A stretch of DNA of 43,467 nt from a virus (taxonomy: Duplodnaviria > Caudoviricetes), in IMG/VR virus record IMGVR_UViG_3300020045_001505, positions 1-43,467 of that record. One strand, written 5' to 3'. Shown one piece after another: positions 34,569 through 43,467 of this stretch. The notes under the pieces were generated by a model. It had not been told where the DNA came from and made no database searches. It was given only the letters and a program-made list of their open reading frames with translations. Made by a program: the position numbers and the translations under genes. Each line of letters opens with the position of its first letter. Position 1 is the stretch's first letter.

Positions 34569-35810
34569 TTATCTAAATTGTTTTTGAAGGGCTCTAAATT
34601 CATCCATGGTCCCAGTAATCTCTTCACCATCTTTAGTGGTGTAGGTCACAGTTCCATCGTCGTTATTAGATTGCCACAAAAGTGTATACCCCTCCCCCTC
34701 TGCGTTCTTCACCGTGAAGGCTTGCATGTTGGGCTCTTCAACAGGGTCAAAGAAGGGAGAACCCTTTGTGGGGGCTACAGGCTCACTAGAGGGGGCTACA
34801 GAGGCCTCTGAGGGGGTGGGGGTGGGGGTAGGTGCTGGAACATCTTCACCCCCCTCTACGGGGCTATTTTGGGCCTCTCCTGCAAGCTCAGTCAAAGGGG
34901 GGTAGCCCTTAGACGCGAGAGCCTTATCAATGAGGGTTGTGAGAAGCTCATCCGACACTACTTCCGAATACGGGCCAGAACGGAAATCAGAGACAACTTG
35001 CTCTACAATCTTAGCAGCAGCCTCTGGGGTTTTGTTGTCCCCTTCATCTACAGCCCACTTAGGATCAGCATTTAGTGTGTCGATAGCTACACCAAGGAGC
35101 CCATCCACTTCTTCCGACAGAGCCTTACGCTCAGAGAGGGTGAAATCATCCACGCCATTGTTCTTATCTCTTGTGGGAATAGCTTCGTAGTTTGTAGTGA
35201 CGACAGCATTACCACGTTGAGGTGTGGCCATCCCATCACCATACTGAAGCAATTGTTCCGCTGTGAGACCGTCATAAACTTCGGTTTGACCAAGACGAGC
35301 GTCAGCTTGTTCACGGAGACCGTTACCAAACATCATCGAGACAAAGTTGCCCTTGGGGTCAATATCAAAGTCTTCTTGTTGGATAGCAGACGAAAGGGGG
35401 TCGTATGTCCGTTGAATGAATGTAGCCAAATCCTCGTTAGGATCGCCATACTCGCCAGAAATAGTGTAGATGCTTTTCCAAATCTCAGGGGTGAGGGGCT
35501 TCCCTGCTTCCGCAGCAGCAGCCCTCATCTTTTCAGCCCCCTCATAAAAGGAGGCCAGCCCCTCTGGGTTGGAGCTAACCTGAGCCATGATGATCTCTTT
35601 AGGAACACCTGCGGCTTCAAGTTGTTTGGCAATTCCCAAATACCCTTGTGTAGCCTGTTGAGCCCTACGACGGTTCTCAACCCCTACAGTGCGAGCAAGC
35701 TCCATTTGACGATTGAAATACTCTCTTGCATCGTCTTTCTTCTTCGTGATATTCTCTGCCATTGTATTGGCAAAGCCTTGGGCAAACCCCTGTGCAAATC
35801 CACCCATCAT
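34569..35810 (-). CDS. internal virion protein
   Basis: GGFAQGFAQGF N-terminus; position. Confidence 0.6.
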   Translation of the reverse strand: MMGGFAQGFAQGFANTMAENITKKKDDAREYFNRQMELARTVGVENRRRAQQATQGYLGIAKQLEAAGVPKEIIMAQVSSNPEGLASFYEGAEKMRAAAAEAGKPLTPEIWKSIYTISGEYGDPNEDLATFIQRTYDPLSSAIQQEDFDIDPKGNFVSMMFGNGLREQADARLGQTEVYDGLTAEQLLQYGDGMATPQRGNAVVTTNYEAIPTRDKNNGVDDFTLSERKALSEEVDGLLGVAIDTLNADPKWAVDEGDNKTPEAAAKIVEQVVSDFRSGPYSEVVSDELLTTLIDKALASKGYPPLTELAGEAQNSPVEGGEDVPAPTPTPTPSEASVAPSSEPVAPTKGSPFFDPVEEPNMQAFTVKNAEGEGYTLLWQSNNDDGTVTYTTKDGEEITGTMDEFRALQKQFR

Positions 35811-36301
35811 TCTCTCCGTTTAATTAGGGGAGCGTCCTGTTCATCCAGAAGCTCTTGGGCTTCCTCTGTATCTTCAGGGGTGATCTCCTCGGTAGGAGAG
35901 TTGAGGGCCTGAGACAGAAGGAATTTAGTCCGCTGGTCCATGCGGTCTTTATCTCGTTTCTCACGAGAAGGTCCAGATTTTTCTACGGGCTCAAAACCAG
36001 CAGCAATACACAGGTTGTAAATATAGTCGTGAAGAACAGGCCCCAACAACACCTTTACATCAATCGAGTGATACCCCTCCATAACACCAATAGATGTAAG
36101 ACCATCAACAAAGGTGGCAAGAGGAAGTTTGTTCTCCAAAAGAAACAAGAAATCATCTAGCTTTTCTTCATCGTCAAACTTCTTTAGGTAAAACGAAAGG
36201 GCCTCTTCGGGGGAGGTGTAAAGCGGGGGCTGTTCGTATGGGGCATTCCCCGGCTCCTTTGTAAGGGACATACCGGGGATGGGGGCCATTAGTTCTTTCA
36301 T
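35807..36301 (-). CDS. conserved phage protein
   Basis: APIPGMSLT.EPGNAPYEQPP N-terminus. Confidence 0.65.
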   Translation of the reverse strand: MKELMAPIPGMSLTKEPGNAPYEQPPLYTSPEEALSFYLKKFDDEEKLDDFLFLLENKLPLATFVDGLTSIGVMEGYHSIDVKVLLGPVLHDYIYNLCIAAGFEPVEKSGPSREKRDKDRMDQRTKFLLSQALNSPTEEITPEDTEEAQELLDEQDAPLIKRRE

Positions 36302-36302
36302 G

Positions 36303-37112
36303 TCATTCCTTCGGAGCGTTAATCAGGGAAATTAAGGTGTCGTCATCGACATTCTTAAACCCTTCCCAAGCCCCCCTCAAAGCAGAGAGCTTACCACTAA
36401 TTGTATTAGAACGAGACAAGGTTTGTTCTAGATAATGTTTGAACATGGCATCTTGAACTTCGGGGGAGAACACTGTATCCCCACTAATCCCCATCTCTTT
36501 AGCTTTCTCTTGAAGGGTGGTCCCCACAAACTGATAACGTCCCATAGGGGTGGCAACACGTCCAACTTGCCCCTTCACCCACTGGCCGTATTCGCCGCTA
36601 GGTTTGGCAAACTCAGCTAGTTCGTCGATTGTCATGGATGAGACATCTACCCCTCCAAAGGCTCTGCCCCCTTTTTGGGAGAAGCCAAAGAGTGTGTCAT
36701 ACTCACCACCACCTTCAACCTTATCCAAAATCCCCACCCAATCCCTTACATCAGCAGAGGGGGCATGGGCAGAAGGACGCCCTCTACGAGCAATCAGATT
36801 TTCTTGAATAGCTTCTTGAGGAACATCAGGACCATAATTTTCCAGCTTAGGCGGGATTTTCCGAGGTTGGACAATGACGGCAGATTGTTCAGCTCTTTGG
36901 TCAATGTTTCGACTGGTTTTTTCGTTTCTTTTGGCAACCGCATCTGCTTTATCCCTAATATCTTTCAACCAGTTTTTGCTTTGTTCCAAGAAGGACTCAG
37001 TTGTCTGAGCCGCTGCTTGAACACCGCGAGGAGAGATGAGGCCCGGAGCTGCAACAGCTTGCACAGGCAAAGCAACATCTCTCAATTGCTTTAGTGCTTC
37101 AAAATAATCCAT
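36303..37112 (-). CDS. virion-associated lysozyme-like protein
   Basis: VEGGGEYDTLFG, MTIDEL, PMGRYQFVGTTL, FSPEVQD, WEGF. Confidence 0.7.
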   Translation of the reverse strand: MDYFEALKQLRDVALPVQAVAAPGLISPRGVQAAAQTTESFLEQSKNWLKDIRDKADAVAKRNEKTSRNIDQRAEQSAVIVQPRKIPPKLENYGPDVPQEAIQENLIARRGRPSAHAPSADVRDWVGILDKVEGGGEYDTLFGFSQKGGRAFGGVDVSSMTIDELAEFAKPSGEYGQWVKGQVGRVATPMGRYQFVGTTLQEKAKEMGISGDTVFSPEVQDAMFKHYLEQTLSRSNTISGKLSALRGAWEGFKNVDDDTLISLINAPKE

Positions 37113-37118
37113 TCACCC

Positions 37119-38573
37119 TCACCACGGAGTTGAGAAGATAGCACCTGCCAAATTGCCAAGGGCATTTCCTGTGGCAGCGTCCATCTCTGTATCAGCAGCC
37201 AACTTAGCCATAAACAACTGACTAGCCCTCTCTTGCGCATTCTCAGATGCTTGGAAGGCAAACGAGTAGAAATCCCGCTCTTGCTGCATCATATTATTAT
37301 AAGCCGCCATGGTCATAGCAGAGAGGCTTTGAGCGTCAAGACGATTGGCTTCATTCTGAGCCTGAGTGTTGGCCAATGTAACTTGCTGACGCCATGTGGC
37401 ATTAGCTTGGTCAACAACCAGTCGATTAGTGGCGTTAAATTGGTCTCTAGCTGCGTTCATTTGCTTGTTAAACATCGAAACAGAATTAACCTGATCCGTG
37501 TTAAACTGAGACATAGAGTTCTTTTGTGCGATATTAAATTGGTCTGTAGAAGACTTCAACGAAGCGAAGAACTGGTTTGTCTGGTTTTCACTAGAAGCGT
37601 TAAACTGTTTAGCTGCATTCTGAGCCGCTTGGTCACTGAACAAACTTTGAATAATAGATTGCCCTTTGAACATCGCCGTCTGTTGACGGTTGTCTAGGTT
37701 GGCCAAATCCATCTGCAAAAAGGCCTGTGCATTTTGCAAAGCAGCTTGTTGCCGATTGTTCAGGTTTTGCATCTCAAAAGACGAATACGTAGCAGCATCT
37801 TGGACAGCAACACCAATGGCACTTTCCATAGCTGCTTGCGTCGTAGCAGAAGCTGCCATAGACGAAGAGCCCATGCCACGAGAAGCCATAAGAGCATTTA
37901 CATTACGCATTGCCCCAGCCGCCCAAGCAGGGGTTTGACCCCCTTCAAAACCCTTCATAAGCTTTTCAAGCTGGCCTTGAACAGTGGCATTAGCGGAAGG
38001 CTGGGCTGTAGCAGCAACAGCTTGAGCTTGTGTGCTAACCGTCCCTTGTGCGGCTTTCATTTTTTGGGTGGCGTCTTTAACTTCGTCCGTCACCGTAGAA
38101 GCTTTATATTTAGCTGCCTCTGTGGCTTCAATATCCGCAGCCTGAGAGGCTGTGGCCGTAGAGGCCTTCACATCAGGCGTAGAGGCCACCTGACCGCTAT
38201 TAGTATCTACCACTGTGTCAGGGGTTACAGACGCTGTAACGACCTCTGTGGGGGTGCTATAGGCCTCAGGGTTGGCAATCATATCTGCCGTTGTTTGAGA
38301 GCCCTCCGAGTTTTGTGCATTCTCTTGGATAGTGGCTACATCAGTGATTGTAGTTGTTCCACCAGCCGCAAAAGCAGGGAGAGGTTTAGGTTTTTGAAGG
38401 GCTGTCCCCTCTACCATCTGCTTTGCTTTATTCTCGTATTGAAGAAAGCGGGAAGAATTGGCAGGGGAAGATTGCAAAAACTGCCCAAACCCTGCCATTG
38501 GCCCGGTAAACCCCATCTTACGAGCTAGGATTTCTTTCTGTTCTGGGGTAAACCCGCCAAATTTCTTAGCCAT
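37119..38573 (-). CDS. internal virion protein (Q/A/N-rich)
   Basis: Repeated QFNA-type helical segments and a Gly-rich hydrophobic C-terminus. Confidence 0.6.
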   Translation of the reverse strand: MAKKFGGFTPEQKEILARKMGFTGPMAGFGQFLQSSPANSSRFLQYENKAKQMVEGTALQKPKPLPAFAAGGTTTITDVATIQENAQNSEGSQTTADMIANPEAYSTPTEVVTASVTPDTVVDTNSGQVASTPDVKASTATASQAADIEATEAAKYKASTVTDEVKDATQKMKAAQGTVSTQAQAVAATAQPSANATVQGQLEKLMKGFEGGQTPAWAAGAMRNVNALMASRGMGSSSMAASATTQAAMESAIGVAVQDAATYSSFEMQNLNNRQQAALQNAQAFLQMDLANLDNRQQTAMFKGQSIIQSLFSDQAAQNAAKQFNASSENQTNQFFASLKSSTDQFNIAQKNSMSQFNTDQVNSVSMFNKQMNAARDQFNATNRLVVDQANATWRQQVTLANTQAQNEANRLDAQSLSAMTMAAYNNMMQQERDFYSFAFQASENAQERASQLFMAKLAADTEMDAATGNALGNLAGAIFSTPW

Positions 38574-38790
38574 TCACGTCCTCAGTTTGTTTTTCGTGGG
38601 TGAGGTAGCCAGTGAGAACCATAACCAACCCTTGCAGCCAAATGTCAAGGTCATCCATGACAGGAGCAAAGGGGTGGTCAGGCCAAAAATATCTAAGCCC
38701 AGCTTGGATACCACCTATAATCATCCCAGACAAGATGACGGCAAGCATCTTCCTAGTGGGAAGTCTTGTCTTCTGTTTTACAAGGGCCAT
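38566..38790 (-). CDS. holin-like membrane protein
   Basis: PTRK motif followed by two hydrophobic segments; downstream of the endolysin. Confidence 0.55.
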   Translation of the reverse strand: MALVKQKTRLPTRKMLAVILSGMIIGGIQAGLRYFWPDHPFAPVMDDLDIWLQGLVMVLTGYLTHEKQTEDVNG

Positions 38791-38800
38791 GTCCGCCTCA

Positions 38801-38849
38801 AAAAATATTTATTTTTACCCCTTGACAAGGGTGATTTTTGCGCTATATA
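38801..38849 (+). promoter_or_regulatory. sigma70-type promoter antisense to the lysis and structural arm
   Basis: AAAAATATTT-N11-TTGACA(38822-38827)-N16-TATATA(38844-38849). Confidence 0.7.
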
Positions 38850-38919
38850 TGTATAAGGTTGGTTTTATAAAAATTATGCCAACCCTAAGAATATAACCAT
38901 ATACTAGTATATCTTAGTA

Positions 38920-39540
38920 TTATAGGCGACTATGTAGTAGCCCTTGTTCAAAGACTTTAGCATACGAAGCAATGGTAGAAGCTTTGTCAGTTCCGTTAAT
39001 CACCCTACGAGCATTAACATAGTCAATCTTCGTGTCTGACAGATAGTCAGACAATTTCTTCCCCGTGAACCAACCTTCCGTAGTGCCTAGAACCAGAATC
39101 TTAGCAGCTAGGTCAGGACGAAGAGCAAGGTCAGGGGAACGAATGAAGTCAACACCAAGCTTCGTGGAAGCTTTCTGGTAGTTGGCTCTCCCAGTAATCT
39201 GGACAAACCCCCTCCCACGATACAGATAACCATCCCCATCTTTCTCAGGAGTGTTGCCCAAGTTCTTGGCCAACGTTCCTACATCGTATTTATCAAAATA
39301 CTTCACCCCACCATACTCTGTAATAGGTTGCATGGTGTGAGCTGTCTCGTGATACGAGGTAGCAAGGAGGTAGGCCACCTGTTGCACAGGGAGGGCTTTG
39401 GTAGCCAAAAGGAGGGCTTTCACCCCCTCCTTCTGACTATCTTTCGTAATCAACGCCTTCGTCTTCTCAAACAACTTACTGGTGTCGTAAGAAGGCTTCA
39501 AGGCTATCAAGCTTTGCAGAAATTTTAGAAAAGGATTCAC
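38920..39540 (-). CDS. endolysin, glycoside hydrolase family 19
   Basis: AYLLAT..HET, PITE, DGYLYRGRGFVQITGRANY, ARRVING; start uncertain. Confidence 0.88.
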   Translation of the reverse strand: MNPFLKFLQSLIALKPSYDTSKLFEKTKALITKDSQKEGVKALLLATKALPVQQVAYLLATSYHETAHTMQPITEYGGVKYFDKYDVGTLAKNLGNTPEKDGDGYLYRGRGFVQITGRANYQKASTKLGVDFIRSPDLALRPDLAAKILVLGTTEGWFTGKKLSDYLSDTKIDYVNARRVINGTDKASTIASYAKVFEQGLLHSRL

Positions 39541-39724
39541 GATTATCCAATCTGATTGCTTCTAGCTCTCGCGTGTGCATTTCCTTTGTCCCCTCTAATT
39601 GAGAACGTAGGATAGCGATTTCCACCTCGTGAGACTGTTGGTTTCTTAGAAGGTAGGCAATTACACCCGCCGCAGGAATGATGCCGTAACGGAGGGCAAA
39701 ATCTACAAGATTCAGGTCCGCCAT
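39476..39724 (-). CDS. small membrane/coiled-coil protein (possible holin or antiholin)
   Basis: One N-terminal hydrophobic helix then a coiled coil; immediately upstream of the endolysin. Confidence 0.5.
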   Translation of the reverse strand: MADLNLVDFALRYGIIPAAGVIAYLLRNQQSHEVEIAILRSQLEGTKEMHTRELEAIRLDNRESFSKISAKLDSLEAFLRHQ

Positions 39725-39725
39725 G

Positions 39726-41552
39726 TTATGCCATCGCGGAAAGGCGAACCCGCCAGTTAGCGTTGGTGAGTGCAGTGGGGGCACCAGTGGACTTGTCAGG
39801 GACCATAAATGCGTTAGCTGCGTTCGTGTATTGCATCGTCAGGTTTGTAGCGTCCATCAAGATAGCGCTATGACGATTGGTCGCTGTATTTGTGCTATTA
39901 AGGGATACCGAGATAACATCCCCCACAGAATAACCAGCTTCCACCGTGGTGCAAACCAGCGACACTGTGACAAGAGCAGGGACAACCCCCAACCCGTGTG
40001 CCGTTGCAGCCGTCCCACCAGATGTAATAGTCAAATTCCCGGACGTAAAGATACGAGCAGAAATTTGAGCCGCTGTCCTCAAAGGAGTCATAGCTTTTGT
40101 GTTGATAGTGCCAGCTTGAGCTTCAGCGTTGGTAGCAATATCAAGGGCAAATGTGGGATTGCCGGAGACACCATCACCATTTGTCACTACAACACCTGTG
40201 CCACCAGTCATTGTCCGAGACACAGCCGTTGTGGCGGAGGTCAGGGCAGGGAAGGCTGTGGAAAGGCCAGCGAGTGCTGTAAGTGTGGCGTCAAAAGCTT
40301 GGACGTTTGTGCCAATTGCAACACCCAAAGCTGTTCTAGCAGCCGCTGCTGTGCCTGCACCAGTCCCCCCAGATGCAATATCAATCGGAACATCAGAGGT
40401 GAGGCCAGAGCTAAAAGCGGCTACGCCAGAGGCCCTGTTAATTGTGAAGGGGAAGTCAATAACCCCACCAGCGTCATCATGCCGATAGATTGCAAAATTG
40501 GAGCCTGAATTAGCACCTGTTTCGGCAGAGCCGCTAGTAATCATTCTCCAACGAGTTAGGCCACCAGACTGGAAGTTGATTGCACGAGATTGACCCGCCG
40601 CACCATTGATTGTTGCCGATCTAGCACCTGTGCCAGCCCCAATCACAACATCCGTTGCTGTAACATCCGTGAAGTCACCCGTAGACTTAGTTGTTGCGCC
40701 AATAGGCACACCGTCAACGGCTCCACCAGTGATTGCCACAGCATTGGAGTTTTGTGTAGCAATGGTCCCAAGGCCCAAAGCTGTTCTGGCACCAGAAGCC
40801 GTTGTAGCCCCTGTGCCACCAGAGGTGACGGGGAGCGGAGAAGAGAGGGCAAGGTTAGCTAGTGTGACGGCACCAGTGGAACGTTCAATTGCCACCGGGG
40901 AGTCAATCACTGTCCCCGCATCGTCATAACGAGAGATGCGGAAGTTAGAACCTGCATTAGCACCTGTTTCAGCTTCGTTATTAGCTGTGGCAGCCCACCG
41001 TCTATTTCCCGCTGTCCTGAAAGTGATGGACCGTTGAGTTGCAGCCGCCCCATTAACATACACATCAACAGAGCCTGTCCCGTCCCCAGCTTTCAACGAA
41101 GTGAAAGTCCCTGCAACAGGTGTAGTTTGACCAATGGTCGTGTTGTTGATTGTCCCGCCAGAGATAGCTACAGTTGTGGCAGCCAGTGTCCCAGCCGCAA
41201 GGGCTGTGGTTGTCACAAGAGCTGTGGTAACACTTGTTGTGGCGGATAGGGTGTCTGCATAGGTGTTCCCTGAAAACCAGCCATCTTTGAATTTCAAAGA
41301 AGCTGTCCCCAGAGAAAGGATGTCTGTAGTTTTAGGTGTGGCGGTAGAAACCCCCACCACAAAATTCTGAGAGGGGCCTACAACCGTAATAGGCGACCCC
41401 TCTCCCGCAGAACCATTGTGGGTGTGGCCAGAAGCTGCATCAAAAGCTAGTTCTAGAGCGTTATACTCCGAGTTAAGGGGGGCTGCTTCCACGACATTGC
41501 CTGTAGCAATTTCATGGGTGACATCTTGTCTCGTATATCCGTTAGACATCAA
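39726..41552 (-). CDS. tail fibre
   Basis: GHTHNG, T/G/A-rich sequence, two GGTGA..A..ARTALG modules, AHGLG..P C-terminal domain. Confidence 0.85.
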   Translation of the reverse strand: MMSNGYTRQDVTHEIATGNVVEAAPLNSEYNALELAFDAASGHTHNGSAGEGSPITVVGPSQNFVVGVSTATPKTTDILSLGTASLKFKDGWFSGNTYADTLSATTSVTTALVTTTALAAGTLAATTVAISGGTINNTTIGQTTPVAGTFTSLKAGDGTGSVDVYVNGAAATQRSITFRTAGNRRWAATANNEAETGANAGSNFRISRYDDAGTVIDSPVAIERSTGAVTLANLALSSPLPVTSGGTGATTASGARTALGLGTIATQNSNAVAITGGAVDGVPIGATTKSTGDFTDVTATDVVIGAGTGARSATINGAAGQSRAINFQSGGLTRWRMITSGSAETGANSGSNFAIYRHDDAGGVIDFPFTINRASGVAAFSSGLTSDVPIDIASGGTGAGTAAAARTALGVAIGTNVQAFDATLTALAGLSTAFPALTSATTAVSRTMTGGTGVVVTNGDGVSGNPTFALDIATNAEAQAGTINTKAMTPLRTAAQISARIFTSGNLTITSGGTAATAHGLGVVPALVTVSLVCTTVEAGYSVGDVISVSLNSTNTATNRHSAILMDATNLTMQYTNAANAFMVPDKSTGAPTALTNANWRVRLSAMA

Positions 41553-43063
41553 GTCCTCTCGTTATTTCGGTATTCAAGTGTAAGGAAGTTAATGTTAAAA
41601 GGGGAACTGATAGACTTATTGTAGTAACGGAAAGAGATGGTTTTACCACTCCCAAGAATGTTGTTTGTCACAACTTCCTCTTCCAACTCGCTAAACACGG
41701 ACGTGCCATAGATAGTAGAGGGAGAGCCATACAAATTAGCCCCCTGCCCAACACTTAGGGTAAAGGATGTAGCAGGATTGGCGACAGACTCATAATCTAC
41801 CAACATACTCGCGGTAATATCCACTGGTCCAGTGGGGGTTACATACAAGTGATGTTTGTAGAGGGTTTTCCTAACCAGTGGGTCAGAGATTGGCATGAAA
41901 GGGGTTTGAAACACAGCCTCAACTTGCCCACCATCAAACGTAGACCCAGACTCTGCACGATATACAAACCCTGTATCAGACACAAACAACACTGTTTCAG
42001 CCACTGTGTCAGAATATTTACTACAATCCGCGACTTTCATACCACGAATTTTAGCCCAAGCTGTCCCGGAAGAAGATTGGTCCGAGTATTTTGTCGCCAA
42101 AAACCCCTCGGATTCCCCGGAGGGAACAGACGACAAGAAAGAGAAAAGTCTATATTGACCTTTTTCCGAGAGTGTGTGGGCAGAGAATTTAGCACCTGCA
42201 ACAAGCAAGCCTGTAATCTGGTCTTGGATATTTTTAGATGCCCGTGTAAGCCCGAAATCGTTCTCGTTTGCAGAAGAGCTTAAGTATCTAATGCCATCTC
42301 TGGCCAGATACATAATATCCCCGCCAATCTCACAAATAGTCCCGCCAGCAATACAACCAGTGTTAGTTGTGACGGGGCTCAGGGTGAAGTCACTGACAGA
42401 ATTACCCGCCAGCACTTGAATACTGTTTTCACAAAAGATAAAAAGCTGGTCACGGAACACAGCCATCCCAGTGATATTCTCAGACAGGTTAACAGCCCCA
42501 GCACCGATAGCTACATCAAAGCTTTCAGAGAAGGGGGCCGTAAATGTCAACATTCTCCCCGTAGAGAAGAAGATGTGGGATTTGAACACCTTCACGAAAG
42601 ATGCCCCAATAGCATCAGAGGGAACCCCGACCATATAAGCAAGTGTCTTAGCAGGGTAGTCAAACACCATTGGTGTATTTACCCCATCTACGATAACAAA
42701 TTTCTTCGTCCCATTAAAGTTATAGGTGTCTGAACGGAGGAAAGAGCCTCCGGTTGAGACAGAAATAAGCTTAGTAGACCAAGCTCCGCCAGAGCTGTAG
42801 AAGAGCCTGCCACCCCGTTCAGCTAAAGCTTCAGATTGACTGAGGGTGACAACACCACCAATTTGAGCGGGTCCAAGAGGAACTTGGGAAGCAGAAAACT
42901 TGCTGTAGCCTTGAATACGGGAATAACCCCCTTTTACGTCAGGCTCAAAATTCTGGAGGTGAATTGCACTTCCGGGAAGACTGGCCCCCTGTTCAAGCTT
43001 CCCCATTGTGGAAATCAAACCACCTTCCAATTTAATGGGAAAGGTTGTCCAGTTAGTAGCCAT
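41549..43063 (-). CDS. tail tubular protein B / nozzle
   Basis: Beta-rich 504 aa with GCIAGGTI and GDIMYLARDGIR; position before the fibre gene. Confidence 0.65.
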   Translation of the reverse strand: MATNWTTFPIKLEGGLISTMGKLEQGASLPGSAIHLQNFEPDVKGGYSRIQGYSKFSASQVPLGPAQIGGVVTLSQSEALAERGGRLFYSSGGAWSTKLISVSTGGSFLRSDTYNFNGTKKFVIVDGVNTPMVFDYPAKTLAYMVGVPSDAIGASFVKVFKSHIFFSTGRMLTFTAPFSESFDVAIGAGAVNLSENITGMAVFRDQLFIFCENSIQVLAGNSVSDFTLSPVTTNTGCIAGGTICEIGGDIMYLARDGIRYLSSSANENDFGLTRASKNIQDQITGLLVAGAKFSAHTLSEKGQYRLFSFLSSVPSGESEGFLATKYSDQSSSGTAWAKIRGMKVADCSKYSDTVAETVLFVSDTGFVYRAESGSTFDGGQVEAVFQTPFMPISDPLVRKTLYKHHLYVTPTGPVDITASMLVDYESVANPATSFTLSVGQGANLYGSPSTIYGTSVFSELEEEVVTNNILGSGKTISFRYYNKSISSPFNINFLTLEYRNNERT

Positions 43064-43073
43064 CTAAATCCCC

Positions 43074-43467
43074 TTAGGAGCGAATAACCGTAGAACGGAC
43101 ATATTCCGTCCGGTTCATAAAAATCTTTCGCATATCTTTGACACCGTTCTCAAAGAGCTGATTAGCTGCCCCCGCCTCCTCTGTAGCTCCCCGGAAGATG
43201 TAAGCATGATACATAGCCCCTTCCAGAATTACCCAACGGAAATTGTCAGGAATGGAGGGCTCTTCGTCCCAAGCAACCATATCTACAGGGAGCTTGTAGT
43301 ATTCGTAGACAAGGGTGTATGCTTGGTCAGGGGGAGGGGAGAGGGTGAAAGAGAGGTTACGATTACGAATGACGTATTGAGGGGCATCAGCATAATCAGC
43401 GGGATTAAATTCTTCATCCCCCCTTTCCTGTAGCCACTCCTCATAATCCATCACTTGCAATCGTGTC
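43074..43467 (-). CDS. tail adaptor / tubular protein A (5' truncated by the window)
   Basis: LSPPPDQAYTLVYEYY..P, PSIPDNFRWVILEGA. Confidence 0.6.
   Translation of the reverse strand, partial: TRLQVMDYEEWLQERGDEEFNPADYADAPQYVIRNRNLSFTLSPPPDQAYTLVYEYYKLPVDMVAWDEEPSIPDNFRWVILEGAMYHAYIFRGATEEAGAANQLFENGVKDMRKIFMNRTEYVRSTVIRS

Noticed and set aside
28972-40508. Long opposite-strand ORFs (28972-29820, 33441-34133, 35217-35912, 37734-38528, 39723-40508)
   Set aside because: All lie antisense to well-supported genes and show no recognisable motifs

Overview
Internal 43.5-kb segment of a lytic podovirus-type phage genome. It has two converging arms that meet at a bidirectional hairpin terminator (~31171-31212). 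The gene set resembles phiEco32/Zobellviridae-like phages, and an alphaproteobacterial host is plausible but inferred. The + arm (1-31158) carries small early ORFs, a D-arm-less tRNA-Arg(UCU)-like RNA, and a peptide-ligase cluster (gamma-glutamylcyclotransferase, ATP-grasp, class I and II glutamine amidotransferases, two COOH-NH2 ligases). It continues with a primase-helicase split by a group I intron, an ECF-like sigma factor, a family A polymerase split by an endonuclease VII gene, exonucleases, nucleotide-pool enzymes, ThyX, a DNA methyltransferase, an intein-containing class II RNR and a frameshifted PhoH. The - arm (31212-43467) carries internal virion proteins, lysis genes, a tail fibre and tail tubular proteins. 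The most notable unexplained structure is ten small proteins of at least two unrelated folds, plus one remnant, that flank the ligase cluster on both sides and all end in L-x-x-W-L-stop with synonymous codon variation. This suggests a modular adaptor or tag system. Other highlights are two HNH genes that replaced the terminus of the gene they invaded, and a four-copy promoter motif with two copies pointing antisense.
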